The notes under the pieces were generated by a model. That model was not told where the DNA came from. It saw nothing but the letters and a program-made list of their open reading frames with translations, and searched no databases. DNA of 64,000 bases, from positions 2,974 to 66,973 of IMG/VR virus record IMGVR_UViG_3300045974_000462. The stretch is one strand, 5' to 3'. The translations under genes were made by a program, and so were the position numbers. Shown here piece by piece: positions 63,343-64,000 of the stretch; position 1 is the first letter of the stretch; the number at the start of each line of letters is the position of its first letter. The DNA is from a virus.

Positions 63343-64000
63343 ATGAGTGACAATGAAACGACCGACAATACTACCGGTATTTCGGGGATTATTGAAAACG
63401 GGGACGCCGATGAGGTCCGCATGATTCTCGGCGACCGGACTCGGGTTCGGCATGCTGGTATGGTTCGTCCCGGCATCAAGCGTCCGGTGCAGGCTTGCAC
63501 GGATGCCCAGAAGAAACTCTACCAGCAGATGCTCGACGAGGGTCACGGCTTCCGGGCTATCGATGAGGCAATGCTCAAGCTGGAGGCTAAAGGGTCCAGT
63601 CGTAAGTCCTGCCTGACTCCGCAAAACGCGGACTACTTCACGGTGCGCGGTGAAGACTTCCGGCGTCCGTCCGATGCTGACTTCATCGTCAAAAACTACG
63701 GGGATGCCGATGGAAAGGTCCGGCGCATTCCGATCTGGTTGCCGTCCGGTGACCTCGACGCGGTCATCCCGCATAACTTCCGGGCCTTTGATGGTGCTGG
63801 CAATCTCCGGTGTGTCTCGTTCTACGATGGCGACGTCCTGAAATTCCGCTATCTCAAAAAGGAGACCAAGCTCCCGGCGAAGGAGGCCGATTGGCTTATC
63901 CTGAATACCGACGATGAAGACAAGGCGACCGCTGCCTGCGGTTACAAGGTGCAGTTCGGTGGTGCCTATCGGGTGTTCGTTCCCGGCCTGAAAACGGCGG
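63343..64000 (+). CDS. Recombination-associated (RDF/Gp3-like) protein, truncated by window (absent from ORF track)
   Basis: GGAGG RBS; open to the end; AGMVRPGIK..NADYFTVR..IPIWLP. Confidence 0.6.
   Translation, partial: MSDNETTDNTTGISGIIENGDADEVRMILGDRTRVRHAGMVRPGIKRPVQACTDAQKKLYQQMLDEGHGFRAIDEAMLKLEAKGSSRKSCLTPQNADYFTVRGEDFRRPSDADFIVKNYGDADGKVRRIPIWLPSGDLDAVIPHNFRAFDGAGNLRCVSFYDGDVLKFRYLKKETKLPAKEADWLILNTDDEDKATAACGYKVQFGGAYRVFVPGLKTA

Noticed and set aside
1-64000. tRNA/rRNA genes, integrase, alternative genetic code
   Set aside because: No cloverleaf or rRNA signatures or recombinase motifs were seen by eye, and conserved genes are full length under code 11.

Overview
Window from a large, GC-rich tailed phage genome (no host genes, integrase, tRNA or CRISPR seen). 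The minus strand carries the late/virion genes: an AT-rich receptor-binding/tail protein open at the left edge, SPO1/Twort-type major capsid protein, scaffold, prohead protease, MuF-like head protein, portal, TerL/TerS, HU, GH24 endolysin, ParB-methyltransferase, spanins and holin. Spanins imply a Gram-negative host. Plus-strand islands of small genes (8.1-12.2 kb, 19.1-29.0 kb) and a replication/recombination block (58.6-64 kb: SSB, initiator, DnaC-like loader, RusA) interrupt it. Main findings: (1) about 13 genes between portal and prohead protease share a modular N-terminal tag (helix ending L-x-K-S/A, often a QLxLF-like motif, and an H-x-x-Y-x-R-x3-SG-x-V hairpin). The tag is fused to unrelated effectors: a sigma70-like factor, a DdrB-like ParB, a pyrophosphatase-like domain, an ART-like plus BECR-like nuclease, and two zincin proteases. 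This suggests an addressed virion-cargo system. (2) A 21-bp promoter-like core GCGACCATTCTGCGGGATCTT occurs in 13 copies, usually in a terminator/T-tract/hairpin/RBS cassette. (3) An HNH homing endonuclease gene is overprinted inside a SNF2 helicase gene whose frame stays open. (4) An RNAP alpha-CTD-like domain, ectopic iteron-like repeats and a T10 slippery junction. All family assignments are from recalled motifs; no database search was run.
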